Of a stretch of DNA of 64,000 nucleotides, positions 45,746 through 61,664 are shown in pieces. The position numbers were made by a program, and so were the translations under genes. The notes below the pieces were generated by a model. That model was not told the DNA's origin and did not search any database. It saw only the letters and a list, made by a program, of their open reading frames with translations. Location: the NCBI GenBank assembly GCA_964016885.1, contig OZ024745.1:62868001-62932000 (forward strand). Reading direction: 5' to 3'. This DNA comes from Eledone cirrhosa. Taxonomy: Eukaryota. The stretch's first letter is position 1; the number at the start of each line of letters is the position of its first letter.

Positions 45746-47407
45746 ATGGACCTCAACCACCAGGTTGTCAACTTCCTGGTCGTGACCCTAGAGTTGAGTA
45801 CGGACGTATACAAGCCATACCATAAGCCCGGAGAGATTCTATCTATTATTAATTATGCCTCAAACCACCCTAAGCCTATTCTCATCTCCATAGTTTATAG
45901 CATTTCACATAGGATCTCGAGGCTCTCCACCAACGAGGATATCTTCAACCAATCGGCAGAATACTACAATAAGGCCTTGCTAAGTGCCGGATTTAACCGG
46001 AGAATCTCTTACATCCCTAACGCTAGCTCTAGAAACCAGCCCCCTCATAAGACTAATGTTATAGTAAGCCATATCTATAACCGAGCACGCAGCGGCTTAG
46101 ACAGAGTCAGGAACTATAGTATAGAGAATCGCACTAAGGAACACGGCCGCGGCGTTAATTACACGAGTGAGGGTGTAGAAAACCTAACACACAATAAAGA
46201 TCACGACACTGGTGACGGTGACCGCTGTAGCCTTCTAGAATTATTCCCCTACTATAAGATCAGCAATTGCGATGGCCTACTACCAACGCCTTCCAACCAG
46301 CATCTTGCTACACATAAACGCAGCAGAAGGAAACCGAGTGCACACGAGCCTAAAGCGAAAGGGACACCTAATTGGCTACAGCACAATAACATGCATAAGA
46401 ACTGTCACCTAGAAAGCACAACCCAGAGCAAACCTACTAATACACGGAATCGCCACCGTAACGTCCTATAGTTCCATCTTCCCTACTCTCAGAGAGTGGC
46501 CTCCGACGTACCACGGATATTCTTCGAAGCCTTAGAGAATAACTTCCCACCCAACCATAAATATAGGAAAATCCTGAATAGAAACAATATTAAAATATCC
46601 TTCTCTACTACTTCAAACCTAGCAGACACCATAGGAAAAACTAATCACAGTAAGATCACCAAAACACAGCACCTTAGAACCGATACACCTAGACCTGACA
46701 ATATTCATAACGGCCTTAACGTCTCACTAGCAGCACCCAATAGTGCTGGCAACAGCCACAACAGACGCAACCAACATAACCACGACATGACTGGGGAATA
46801 TGCTGGTGACCCGTACGGGTCACCTGCCGATAACAGAAGGCGCTGCGGCGTGCGGAGTGATAATAGTACTACTCCGCAGGCTGTGGGATATAATAGTACT
46901 AACGACAGGGATAGAGGCGCAGGTAACAATATAGATAGCAATAAAAATCGCCTTACCTCAGGAACAAGTAGTGACTGCGATCGAAAATGCAACTGTCGTG
47001 ATAGGGAACGCTGCCCCTTTAGGGCAAATTGCCTGACAGATAAGGTTATTTACAGGTGCACCATAACTAGCCATAATAGCATTAAGCATTATATAGGGGC
47101 CACCTCTGGCCCGTTCAAAAATAGATTTCGAACACATCTCCACTCTTTCACAAACAAAAAACTAAGACACTCCACTTCGCCCGCCAATTACATCACAGCA
47201 TTAAAAAAAGACTCAAACATCAGCTTCTCCACACACTGGGAAATTTTCGGCAGAGCAGCACCGTACAATTTCAAGAAGAAGTGCGAGCTTTGCCTCATGG
47301 AACTTTACCATATCATAACGGCACCCTCTGAACTCTATCAACAGCAGAGCAGAATCGGTGATAAACTTCAGGCACCGTATAAATATGTCTTACTCCAGAT
47401 GGAATAA
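45746..47407 (+). pseudogene. PLE RT thumb + linker + GIY-YIG, disrupted
   Basis: Two same-frame ORFs are split by TAG at 46469, at the usual W of WFNPP. Motifs CNCR..CPF..CL..VIY..HYIG..FKNRF..H and CELCL.E. Confidence 0.88.
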
Positions 47408-47723
47408 GAATGAGGCCGGAAAACCATAAGCCGGGTCCCCCTGCACCAAACCTTAACACCCTGGTGGGCTGGCGCTGCAAATAAACATCTGGAAACCAAC
47501 TATGCATCCCAGACCCGGCCTGAATCGACAAAGGTAAAGCAGTACACACAACGTAGTAACGGGTAACAAAGAGCTTGGGGAACACTGCTATAACACCGGC
47601 TCGAATTATCTCCCCTGATCTACTGCAAAAACAATTCATGTGCTTTACGAAGAATTAACTGTGATGTGAATTTATCTTTAAAACCCCTTCTGGGTCACGT
47701 AAGGAACACTCTTTAGTTTTGTA

Positions 47724-47770
47724 TGCCTTTGAGAAGCCCTTTTTATGCCTTTGAGAAACGCACGTAGGTG
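47724..47770 (+). ncRNA. Degenerate U3:A8 hammerhead
   Basis: TGCC-T-TTGAGAA-GCCC...GAAACG-CA-CGTA-GGTG; stem II is broken by a small duplication. Confidence 0.45.
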
Positions 47771-47981
47771 TTGTTTTAAATAAACATGTTTTAACGGTTT
47801 GTTCTCCTTTATATATTTGTTCACGTATATCCACTCTGCTTATTTTCTCGCCCGCTAGATATTAACACTTCCAATATTTAACACTGCAGGTACAAGTATT
47901 GAGCACATTTGCATATGCAATTGGCAAATGACTATATGTATCGCCTATCTCTTCTTCCCTCTCTCTCTCGATACTTAAATA

Positions 47982-48016
<35 letters not shown>

Positions 48017-48899
48017 TATATACGTCATATAACACATTATATAAACCTGCCAACAATAGGTCTAAACACAAAAAATAATATGGTATAATCCACCTTATTC
48101 TGTAGGACCTTGGACCATTCTGGCTAAGCATAGGTACTACAGAGACGCAATGAAGCTGTCATATTCCACTACCCGCCCACATAGCCTAACACATCGCTAG
48201 AATTATTCACGATAAGTTGTTGAACTATGAGCACGAACGAAACGATAATACCTGACAAAGATGGACGCAGAAATGAAGCTGCAATAGGAAAAGTGAGACT
48301 CCTAAATCAGAAAACACTAAATTTATGATCTATGAGCTTTGAGCTGTAAGGGTATGGCAGTTGGTGGAAGCCGAAAGGATCAACAATAGAACCGCAGCGG
48401 CATTTATGAGGTTCACAGTCGCGGATGTCGAGCGTCTGACCATACCACGACACAGTAGGAGCTTTGAAACACACTCGTATTAGTGCCTTCAAATCTATCA
48501 AATGTGAATAAAAACAAACCCCTTCCTGGAAAACGAATACTTGCAACTAGAGATACCTAATATACTGTCAGATCATTGAACGGTTAAACGCATATCAAAT
48601 TAACCTTTAAAAAAACAATGTAATGATCAAGAAAATGAGTAAAAAACAATCAATAGGATTAAATGAACAGAATCCACCAAGTAATGCTAGTTAAAACGTC
48701 TTATACTGAAAATATTTATCAGCTGGGCTTGGGAGGAGTAAAATCAACAACCGGCGGGACAAAGCACACGTTGAACAATTGATTACACAATAGCTCTCCA
48801 AACAGATTGTATCTATTACACAATATATACCACTGATATATATATATATATATATATACATGCACACACACACTCAGAAATGTGTATAAGGATTTCGGC

Positions 48900-49088
48900 T
48901 TTAGGCACAAAGCCAACAATTTTGGGCGAGGGGAATGGGGATTAAATCGACCCCAGTGCGTTTATCGAACCCTTAAGAATGAAAGACAAATCTAAACTCG
49001 GCGGGATTCGAATTCTGAACCTAATGGGTCTTAACTATATACCGCAAAAAACGTTGTCCCACATTCTACTAATACTGCCAACCCAGCG
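48900..49088 (-). mobile_element. Diverged abundant SINE
   Basis: GGCACAAAGCC...AAGAATGAAAGACAAA..CTCGGCGGGATTCGAA. Confidence 0.7.
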
Positions 49089-49285
49089 TTCTAAGTAAAG
49101 TAGATAATATAAAATGTTCCATTAATCTCCCAATACGAATAATATATATAGGTCATATAAATTTTAAACTTTTAATCAATAAGCGTGGGAAGAGATACAC
49201 ATATGTTGTGTCAGGAACAAATAAAAAAGAAACAGATGTGGGCGTGCGTGAATATATGTATATACACATATATATATATATATGT

Positions 49286-49510
49286 ATAGGAAAATGTTCA
49301 AGACCCCGACGGCATTTTCCTATTACCCACTCTACTACCCTAAGTATTGCGTACTCTGGCACTTTATGGTTCACTTAGTTCATTACCACACTTCCTTCGT
49401 TATATATATATATATATAACGAAGGAAGTGTGGTAATGAACCAATTGAACCATAACGCAATAGAGTGGGTAATAGGAAAATGCCGTCGGGGTCTTGAACA
49501 TTTTCCTATA
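49286..49510. mobile_element. Family C variant duplicated tail-to-tail around (TA)n
   Basis: 49286-49401 is mirrored at 49417-49510. Confidence 0.7.
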
Positions 49511-49767
49511 CATATATATACATATATATATATATATATAAATATATATAGATATATATACACGAAGAAGAGGATTGACCGTGTAGTTGCTAGTTAAGGT
49601 CGGCTTATATATATATATATGTATGTAAAAGGTAAACAGAAATAACAATACAATCGGTAGAGTGAAGCACTAGCGACCGAAACGTTAAGACCCTCTTCCT
49701 GCTATATCAAGCGTTAACCTAATATATCACTTTACCGATTGTGTTATTTCTGTTTACCATTTACACC

Positions 49768-49817
<50 letters not shown>

Positions 49818-49820
<3 letters not shown>

Positions 49821-49977
49821 CGAAGGAAATGTGATAAGGAACCAGATGGACCATAACGCTCTAAATTACTCAATATTTAGGGTAGTAGAGTGGGTAATAG
49901 AAACGAGTAGGACACCGACGGGTGAGCTCAAGCCGTTTCGACGGCTAATTCTGGACTATATATATATATATAGTCCA

Positions 49978-49980
<3 letters not shown>
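49818..49980 (-). mobile_element. Family C element
   Basis: Reverse complement of the family tail and HHR half. Confidence 0.7.
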
Positions 49981-50028
<48 letters not shown>

Positions 50029-50250
50029 GTTTATTTCCATCTTCGGTTAGCTTCCCTCTGTGTTGTTTACTTGTCTCACTCGCTTTACGCGTTTCTATTG
50101 TCCTAATAACTTATTTTAGTTATTATCGCTCCAACGTGAGGTATATGATTTTTAATGCGATGAAATACCCATGATCGTCTGGTAAATCACTGATGAGGGA
50201 CTCATTTTTAACATGTTATCCATGTGCAACCAGCAGTATTCTTCTCACCC

Positions 50251-50289
<39 letters not shown>

Positions 50290-50944
50290 ACGCTTACGTG
50301 TACCTCTCAAAAGTTGTCGAATTTTCTAATTGGATTTTCACCCCGAAACTGGATACATCGCGGTGTACACCTGAACTTCCACCAGGAAATCTTTCGTAAC
50401 ATTGACATTTTCTCTTAATGATATTATTAATATTCTATTCGTTTGCAAAACACCCGCATTACTCAATGTGTTCAAGACGTCTAACGTCATCCTTTTTACA
50501 AGCGGTAGCAGAGAGAAAAACACTATACAATTGTTTCGGGCTTATTGGCCGTTATTATAATTCTGTATTTCTCTCCCTTTTGCTGCATCCTAGAAGTGTT
50601 GAGAATATATAGTGTCCTCTAAAGTATACATCGGCTAATTAGCCAAATTTGCATATCTAACTGCATAACATACGTAGTCTATGTTACATGGATTCAGCTA
50701 TGTACTATGTATGTACAAGCATACCAATATTGGTTTTGATCAGATGTAATTTATCATTAATATGAAAGAAAAAAAAATTAGTTAGAGCACCTTAAAAATA
50801 CTTAGCACCATATGATAAATGTAAAAATATATATTGACTTGGGGCTATAAAATGTGTACCAGCGAAGGACACGTCATTATATTCGACATTCCCTTATCAC
50901 TAAATTCTGGGTAAATTCAAAACAGTTGTTATAATAATAATTAC

Positions 50945-51333
50945 TTCTACTTTTGGCACAAGGCCAGCAATAACCCAGTGTATTACTGGTACTTTATTTT
51001 ATCGACCCCGTAAGGATGAAAGGCAAAGTTAACCTCGGCGGGATTTGAACTCAGACCATAAAGGGCCGTAACTCTTTGCTGAAAAGCATGGCGTCCGACC
51101 CTCTACCGATACTGCCAATCCACCGCCCTAATAGTTGTTATAATAATAATTGTTTCTACTTTTGGCACAAGGCCATCAATTACCCAGTACATTACTGGTA
51201 CTTTATTTTATCGACCCCGTAAGGATGAAAGGCAAAGTTAACCTCGGCGGGATTTGAACTCAGATCGTAAAGGACGTAACTATGCTGGAAATCATGGTGT
51301 CCGACCCTCTACCGATACTGCCAATCCACTGCC
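50945..51333 (-). mobile_element. Two tandem abundant SINEs (50945-51128 and 51150-51333)
   Basis: Family match, twice. Confidence 0.88.
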
Positions 51334-51440
51334 CCCTATACTACTACTACTACTGCTGCTACTACAACTACTACTACTTCTCCTGCTACTGCTACTACTA
51401 CTACTACTACTAATAATAATAATAGTAATAATAGATGTAA

Positions 51441-51497
<57 letters not shown>

Positions 51498-53358
51498 CAG
51501 AGCAGCAGCAATAGTATTAGTAGTAGGTGATAATATTATTATATAACATATTTCCGTTGCTCTTTGAAAAAGTTGAATGTTTTGTTGTTGTTGTATTGTC
51601 TTTTATTACAATGTGGGGAAGATACATATAAGTCTAAAGTCAAGTATATGTCAAAGTTTAACCAAAATAATTAACGTCATAAATGAAATGAAATATCTAA
51701 TGCCACCTATCATGTCCGACCAAATGACCGACTTGGCTCAAATTGCAGGACATTATATTGTTCTACACTGTTGGCATGATATCAGCTAAAATCATTTTCG
51801 TTCATTCCATTCTGTTACAGAGATTTGAATAAAAATTCTAACGAGTATTCTCTAGAGTATTGATAGTTGTTAGGAAGGTATTTTGTGTTGATTAACGCTA
51901 TGTGAAGAAGGAATGTTTACCATCAATTATTTTACAAGTAGTCTGCTTCTGAGAATATGTCTTGTTGATTTCGTCTGTGATTATTAGGGTTCTTTAACTT
52001 CAGTTCACTGCAATCGAGCAAGCATAGTGTTAGGTCTGTATAGGGCCAAGATATATTATTTATCATCTAATTTAATTAAGGTTGTGGACTAGCAGAAACG
52101 TCAACTTGCCAGATAATGCATTCTGTTGTATTCGCTTTGGCTCTATACGTTCTATATTTAATTAACCCAAGAGCACGTTTGATTTTTTCATTCTACATGT
52201 CAAGTACAGCGCTCAATGTAATCGACATAAGATCCAAATGTGTTGATATATACCAAATTTAGAAAACAATATCACTTAACTGAATTCTTTCTTTAATGGG
52301 TTATGGAGATCAAGTAGGTTGATAGATCACATACAATGTTTTTCGTGGATGGGGTGTAAAGAACTCAAGGCATTATTTATTACGATGGTACTGTTATTTA
52401 GCTTTACCTATAGATAAACTGTATTCACATACTTACATCTTAGTGGATGCTAATTTATATTTTATATTCTAGAAAAAACATTGGAGTAACATTGAAGCGA
52501 CACATAAGATCTACCACTGAAACATATGGTCAGCTACCAAATGGAGACAATAGTTTTAAACTTGATCATCATTCAAATAAACTGGAAATTTCCGAAACCA
52601 TTGTATGATAATATCGCAGTTTTAAGCAGTAACATTATCTCATCCCTACCGACATTATATCCATGAGAGAAACTAGTCGCATCATACAAGAAAAAAGTAA
52701 ACTTTTCCAGCTTACAATGATAACATGTATGCCTGCTGACTGTTGCATAGGACGTATAGTCTACCTAGCGTTATTGACAAAATTCGGCAATTCTCCAAAT
52801 GTCTAAAATTTTATTTTGAGGCTAATACAATCCTGCATATAAGATGTCTTAGTTTCCTTTAAACATTTCTTAATACATTTTCAAAATATTAATCCATGAT
52901 TGATCTATAATGAGGTTTTCAATTATTAAGGAGGTATTTATATGAATTATTTGAAATTTATATCTTCATTAGATAAATGGATGCTAATCATCTCTATTTG
53001 TATTATTAAACTTATACAAGTTAACAACTAACGTAAGAGACTTTTTATATAATGTATAGTAATAACATATTTATAAAAATATCTTCCAACATCAGACAAA
53101 TTTTTATAAATATAAAGGACCATGTTTATATTCAAGTCCAATAATAGTTACATTGGGAAGGTGGTGATTAGATATTTGTATTATACGGCACACTTATAAT
53201 GTGGTACAGGATGAGGAAGTGCCCTGTCCCATGTTGAATGCTTATGTCTAGTATATTATAAATCAAATTGTTCATATGTATCAGCACGGTGCATTACACA
53301 TTAACGGGGACAGCATGAGTGAGTCCAAGATGAAGCTCATGAAAGACCTCATCAGAAG

Positions 53359-53412
<54 letters not shown>

Positions 53413-54474
53413 GGGGTGGAGAGAGAAATAGAAGTATTATATTCAAGTAAAAGGAGAAACACATAACGTCCTGATAATTTAACATGCAAGTTTCTGTCTT
53501 CCCTATATATGTGTGTTACTTGCTTTCCTTTGTCCCCACATAGCTCGTATCGCTCTTGCTCAATAATATATACGAACATAAATAATTATGTATATTAGTA
53601 GAATATGGAACAATTACAAAAAGAAATATAGAATACCATTACGAGCCCTGTCGCACAAGGTATAAAGAATTGAAATGTTTAAGAAAGACGGAGAGAGATA
53701 AAAAGCAATGCAGAATATAGATCTAGGTCCATATTGAGTGGGTTTTTGCATATCAAGTTATTTAATAGGTGACAAAAATAATTCTCTACATTCCATAACA
53801 GTTATAGCGATTTTATTTTTAAAAAAATTTAAGATAATGATTTGATATATGTTGAAGTAGAATCAACGAAAATGTGACATATTTCCACTAGTACTCCATC
53901 CCTATTAAATGTATTGTTATATTTGCGTTAATAATCATGAACAGCTTGTACTTTTACTTTTAAGGAAAACTATAATCATGTCATGTAGTTGCCCAATAAA
54001 AAATAAAAAGTACAGCGGAGAACATTCCGGACATATATAATGCACTAAACAAGAGAAAGCAGCTTCCCAAATACCTAATTCTGAAGAACATATAGCTAAT
54101 TTAGAATAGTTGATGTACATTAGGGGAATATTTATTCGTTATTTATTTGGATAATATTTCGGGGTCATTAAAGTAATAGTCAACCAGGCCATCACCGTAG
54201 ATGAAATAATTACAATAATTTCATATTACTTAATCATTATCTTACATACAATCACTGATTTGGAAATATTCTCAATATCTCTTTATATATATATATAATG
54301 ACAGCGATGAATTTGTTTTGCGAGGCTTTTGATATGAAATCGTGTGTCGAAACAAATATTGTTATAAATAAAATTAAAATGGGGTAAAGACTACAATACA
54401 ACACAATAGGAGGAAACACGATAATAGTATCACTCATGATATTGCAGATGTGCAACGAAAGAACTTTGTTAGAC

Positions 54475-54571
<97 letters not shown>

Positions 54572-54770
54572 CTGTATTCTTAACCGTTGGTCAGTCAATG
54601 ATACACATTGATTGCCAAATAAATTAACTATGGAGATATAAAAGATATGCGGAAGCGAAATCATCGAAACAGTGAGTGTGTTCTGTTACTATTTCTGGCA
54701 TTATTACAACAATATGACCCTCCCCAAGTATAACAATATATATATATTTGTACATATATATATATATATA

Positions 54771-54845
<75 letters not shown>

Positions 54846-55169
54846 TTGGTTTTCTGATTTTCTTGTTTGAAAACTTTGGGATAGTCATGCTGCAAAAAAA
54901 AAAAAAAGAAGCAGAAACGAAAAAATACAAAAACCCAAAACAATTGCACGCGCAAGTTGAGTTTCAGTTCAATTTATTATAATAATTTCCCAGTCGATCA
55001 GTTTTATTAAGTAAGGTGGTCACAGAGTGTGTTACGAAAGAGGTTTGATTGCAATTAACAACTAAACAACCATCCGGTTATTAAACTAAGTGACTCGGAA
55101 ATTATAATAACATATTGAAGTGAAGTACAACAGTATTTTATTGGCAGCATGACCCTCTGAAAGTTTAAC

Positions 55170-55302
<133 letters not shown>

Positions 55303-55429
55303 GGATGGATACTTCAACAGGTACAATGTACTTGTAGAAATATTCAAGTTGTTTATAATACATGTGGTTCAATGGCACTAATTCGAGATACCAGAACAAT
55401 ATAAAAGTAGCGAAACAATATCGCTACTT

Positions 55430-55674
55430 TTATATATATATATATATGTATATATATATTATATATATATTATATATATATATATTATATATATATATAT
55501 ATTATATATATATTATATATATTATATATATATATAATATCATATATATATATATATAATATATATATATTATATATATATAATATAATATATATATATT
55601 ATATATATATAATATAATATATATATATTATATATATATAATACAATATATATATATTATATATATATAATATA

Positions 55675-55767
<93 letters not shown>

Positions 55768-55899
55768 ATAATATATATATATATATTATATATATATATA
55801 TAATATATATATATATATTATATATATATATATAATATATATATATATATTATATATATATATATATATATAATATATATATAATATATATATATATAA

Positions 55900-55938
<39 letters not shown>

Positions 55939-55950
55939 TATATATATAAT

Positions 55951-56022
<72 letters not shown>
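55430..56022. repeat. Interrupted (TA)n array
   Basis: Seen directly. Confidence 0.95.
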
Positions 56023-56677
<655 letters not shown>

Positions 56678-57113
56678 TATATATATATATATATTGTTAT
56701 AGCTATATATCTATCTACCTAGCTATCTATATATCTAACTTCCTACTTTAGGACGGCTATTTTGATTTGTTTAACGTTATTGCTCTTCTGACATTCAGGA
56801 AGCGAGATAGGCCGGCGAGTAATATGTAAAGAGGTAGACAGACATATAGTGAGATAGCTCGATAGCTATGTAGAGTTACAGAGAGATAGATATGCAGAGA
56901 GGCAGCTAGATAGACGGAAAAAAATGAAGACAGATATCTAGACTGGTGGACATAGCAGGTAAGAGATAGATAGAGGGTTAAGTAAATATATATATAAATA
57001 TTGTTGTTATTGTCCTGGATAGTACAGATAAGTAATGATAGCAGCAATTAGTGACTGAGCCGCTGGTGAACACCCTTAGAAAGTTAGCACAGTGGTTGTC
57101 ATGTAAACCCCCC

Positions 57114-57172
<59 letters not shown>

Positions 57173-57177
<5 letters not shown>

Positions 57178-57511
57178 ATACTTGGGGAGGGTCATATTTG
57201 TGTAATATTGCCAGAATTAATAACAGAACACACTCACTGTTTGGTTTTCGCTTTTCTTTCAATAACCTTTCAGCTTGGCACAAGCTAATGCCATAACGGC
57301 GATGAATTAGTTTTGCAAGTATAACAATATTTTTTCGACACACGATTTCATATAAAAAACCTCGCAAAACTAATTCATCGCCGTTATGGTATTAGCTTGT
57401 GCCAAGCTGAAAGGTTATTGAAAGAAAAGAGAAAACCAACCAAACAGTGAGTGTGTTCTGTTATTAATTCTGGCAATATTACACAAATATAACCCTCCCC
57501 AAGTATAACAA
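57173..57511. mobile_element. Family A-related short element: inverted arm plus 184-nt permuted unit
   Basis: 57173-57316 is the reverse complement of 57364-57511. CAAGTATAACAA occurs at both 57316 and 57500. Fragments also at 54303-54365 and 54668-54737. Confidence 0.65.
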
Positions 57512-60392
57512 TACAAGAAAGAAACAAAAAAATGTATTTATACACATATATAGGTGTGTGTGTAGGATGATGTTGACACGTGTAAAACACTCATATATTC
57601 AGATACAAATCTAATTTTAATTTTATCGTCTTCCCGAATTGAACTGATTATTTTATTTACTGCTGTCGGTATTTAGTAATGTAATGTTGACCGCGGCATT
57701 ATTTGAAGCAAAAAAAAAGAAAAAGCTGAAATGAATTGCACCAAGCTTTTAGCCCCTCATTCTAAGGGTTCTTCTATATCGACACATATGTGTCTGTATG
57801 TTACGTATGTATAAACCCATAACTCCTTAGGTATTCGTAAGTACGCCATAAGGGGTTTCTAGGACATATTTAACTTGTAATTAGTTTCAAGAAAATACTA
57901 TGTAATCGGAAAAGATAAACACCAGTAGAATAGTAACAACCCGCAACTTAAGGACTGAAGGTAGAATAGAGGAAAAAAGACATAAGCAGCAAAACAGTAA
58001 ATGATGCGACACGCCCCCCCCCCCCCTTACACAAACACATGAAAAAAAATGTAACACTTATACACACAGTAATGCAGTTTCAAACGCATGCGCAGACACG
58101 GAACACAAAAAACGCACCACAAAAAAAATTGACAAGATGGAGTATAAATTTAAAACCATAAAAAAGAAAAGGCACAAAAAATACTCATTGGAGGGGCCAC
58201 ATAATGTATGACAAAAGACCTTTGACAAACGAATGAACAACGAACAATAAAGAGAGAGAGAAATGAAAATTATATGGAGCGTGTGTTTCTTTCCATTGGT
58301 AATATCGGCAACATGACCATATCAAATATAAAACTAAATTGTGTTTCGTATTAAAATTAACAGTGCTCGAAGCTCCCGGACAACATATTTAACTATCACA
58401 GTTTCATATACATTTAATTCAATTTTGCATTTCACATGACTTAGCTTTATACATCTCCAGACTGTACTTTACAATGGAATAGATTTGATGAACATTGGAC
58501 ATTTTTTAAAAGTAGTTATTTATTCTTATTTAACAGAGCATGAAACAGTAGTTATAACCTTTAGAAAAAGAACAGCTGTTTGCTTATTTGCATCATAATT
58601 CGAGCCTGTAAAACATTGCACGCCAAAACAATTACTTTTTAATTATACACGATACTTTTGCATCAGTAATCTCTCTCACCATAGTAAATTTATTGAACCT
58701 GAATACATCATAGCGCCAATGACCGAATACGAACCATCAACATGCATGTTATGAAAACAACGTATTTACATTCATCTAACCGCAAGTATGAAATATGAAT
58801 AGGAGTTAGTAAAGGAAATCAGGAGTAGACGACAAAATAAAAAGGGTTTATATATATATATTAGAAAGTGAAGTGTTTTTTACAAAATGAAAAATAACCG
58901 AGGTATCCTACACGAGTGAAAGTATAAAGAAAAAAAGATGAAATCGAAAATGCAACTGGAGTCTTATTTAAAAATATATATATATATTTATTTGGTTCCT
59001 TTACCGGTTTCGCAGTTCTTCTGCTTTTCAAAAGTAGAGTTGAGATGGAGGGTCTTAGGGCTGTCTCACATCTGGTAGGTCTTTGAATGTTACTTGTTAT
59101 ATATGGAAAAAAGTGGCTCGAAACGCCAGGTTTTTAGAGAAGTAATTTGATTGGTTGGTCAATAAGTATAATACATTTTGCGCCAGTTCGCGTTACAAAG
59201 TTCTTCAAATAGGGGAGTGGGGTGGCTCAGATTGTTTTTTCACATATGAGTGTTTGAATTTCTTTTTACTTAAAAAAGGGGGGCTCACGAAGGCTTTTTT
59301 CTATGAATGTAATGTGATTGGTTATAAATAAAATTAAGGCTGTCACGTGAACAAGTTCATTAAATTTTCGCGCCCGTATTTGGGAATTTATTTTGTAGCC
59401 TTTTAGAGAATGTTATGACAAACAAAAGATAATGGTCAAGAGAAACGGGATGGGAGAATTGTCTGGTTCAGTGAATATAGCAGGTTGTTTTTTCATATAT
59501 GAGTGAAGTTTGATGTAGTCACCTGAATAAGTATATCAGCTTTTTCATATATGAGTGAAGTTTGATGTAGTCACCTGAATAAGTATATCAGCTTTCGCGT
59601 AAGTTTGTTTGAATTTCTTTTTACTTTAAAAAAAGTGGCTCACGAAGGCTTTTTTTGTAATAAATATAATATGATTGGTTATAAATGAAATTATCACTGT
59701 CACGTGAACAAGTTCATTAAATTTCGCGCCCGTATTTGGGAATTTATTTTGTAGCCTTTTAGAGAATTTTATGACAAGCAAAAGATAATGGTCAAGAGAA
59801 ATGGAATGGGAGAATTGTTCTGATTCAGTGAATATGGTTGGTTCGCTGAGGGGTCAGAATTCAGATTTTCTATTGAAATAAAGAAAGTAAAGATATGTAT
59901 GTTTATTTGTGTGCTTGTGTGTGTGAGTGTATGTATAGGAAGATGATTCTATTAGTAGAAATGGGAGAGAGAGTTATGTGTGTGTATATGGGTGTTATGT
60001 GTGTGTGTGTGGGGGGGGGGAGTATGTTAAGATGGAGAGAATATATATATTTTGTGTGTGTGTATATGTGTGTAGGAAAGTGATTCTATTAGTAGAAATG
60101 GGGGAGGGAGTTGTGTGTGTGAGATTATGTGTGTGTGGGAGTATGGTTAGCATGTTAAGATGAAGAGAATATATATATTGTGTGTGTGTGTAGGAAAATG
60201 AGTCCGTTATAGGAATATTTTTTGAATGAACATATTTTCCTTACTTATTCGTATTTGTTCTGTTGTATTGTCAGCGCAAACGTATGTTAAGGTTTATTTA
60301 GTTCGGGTTTTTATTTTCTAAAGTAGGTGTTATGTGTGTGTGTATGTGTCTATTTGGATGGTTAGCATGTTGTGGTGTTGACATAATGTATA

Positions 60393-61425
60393 TTAAACCA
60401 TATTTAATGCTGGTCTATATTTTTGAATAAACATATTTTCCTTATTTATTCGTATTTGTTCTGTTGTATTGTCAGCGAAAAGGTAAAATGGGAAGACTTG
60501 GAATTTGGGTGTCTCATTACTTGCGCATATGTCTAGATATGCGCTTAGTGGTATCTGTCTCGTGGTTGGATCTCGTAATTGTTGGCGATGAACTCTCATT
60601 CTGTTTCTGAGTGTGAGTTTAGTTTGTCCTATATAATCTTCATTGCGTCCTTTACATTTAATGGCATAAATTTGATGAGCAAGTGAGGTGATTTTTTACA
60701 GCAAAATTTTGTCCTGATTTAAATGTATACGTGTTGAGGTGAGTGCAGGTTCCACAATTAGAGCGACCACATTTTTTGACAGTTGGTTGTGGGTTTGTGG
60801 TAGGTAATTTGGCATTGGTGAATAATGTTTTCAGTGATTTCGGTTGTCTTTTGCTTTTGATTATTTCAAGGGCTTTTTTCATTCTTGGGTCTTGTTTCTG
60901 TAGTGGAATGTTCTTGTGAATAGTGTTGTAAGCTTCTGCATTTCTTGGGTTATTGGACGTACCTTGAATTTGTTTCTGTTTTTGTAATTCATCAATGCCT
61001 ATTGCGTTAGCCCTTTATATTCCTTTATATTCCTTTATATTCCTTTCGAGTAGAATTTCCTTTAATACTTGAAGTCTTTTATTTCGCGTTTCATAATTGG
61101 AGACAATTGTGTAAATTCTTCTTGCTAGGTTAAAAGGAATGTTCGTCTTCGTGTGCTTTGGATGGTTGGGGGTGAATAGCAGGTATTGTTTGGAATCTGT
61201 TGGTTTGTAGTGTATGCCAGTTTCAATATTTGTGTCTTTTTTTAAGATTAAAATGTCCAGAAATGGGAGTTGATCTGGGCTGTATTTCATTGTGAATTGG
61301 ATGTGGTTATTGATGCCGTTTATTAAGTTTTTGAAATCATTCAGTTGGTCGAGTGTGTGGGACCAAATAATGAGACAATCATCCAAGTAGCCTTTCCAAT
61401 TCTCTGATAGCGCGAATTTTATTAA
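60393..61425 (-). pseudogene. PLE RT (YLDD) + Cys finger + GIY-YIG, frameshifted
   Basis: WKGYLDDCLIIW, IQFTM, LPFLDILI, YKPTDSKQYL..NHPKHTK.NIP, CGRSNCGTC, YIGQTK..LRNRMRVH and E..FIQKYRPALN. Confidence 0.88.
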
Positions 61426-61558
61426 ACTTATTGACCAACCAATCAAATTACTTCTCTAAAAACCTGGCGTTTCGAGCCACTTTTTTCCATATAAAACAAG
61501 TAACATTCAAAGACCAACCAGATGTGAGAAAAACCACAGACCCTCCATCTCAACTCTA

Positions 61559-61594
61559 CTTTTGAAAAGCAGAAGGACTGCGAAACTGGTAAAG
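61559..61594 (+). ncRNA. Minimal hammerhead, U3:A8 variant
   Basis: CTT-TTGAAAA-GCAG(aagga)CTGC-GAAAC-TG-GTA-AAG, followed by AATAAA. Confidence 0.65.
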
Positions 61595-61664
61595 GAACCA
61601 AATAAATATATATATATTTTAAAAAAATAAGACTCCAGTTGTATTTTCGATTTCATCTATTTTT

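Larger units (their letters stand above)
45720..47890 (+). mobile_element. 5'-truncated Naiad-like PLE
   Basis: Starts in the RT palm/thumb (VNFLVVTL..YKPYHKP..SNHP); 3' UTR with HHR-like motif and AATAAA. Confidence 0.88.

Noticed and set aside
48040-48660. LTR integrase remnant (IERLNA)
   Set aside because: One short motif only, with no LTRs or DDE context.
50190-50225. CTGATGAG hammerhead core
   Set aside because: No stem II-GAAA follows.
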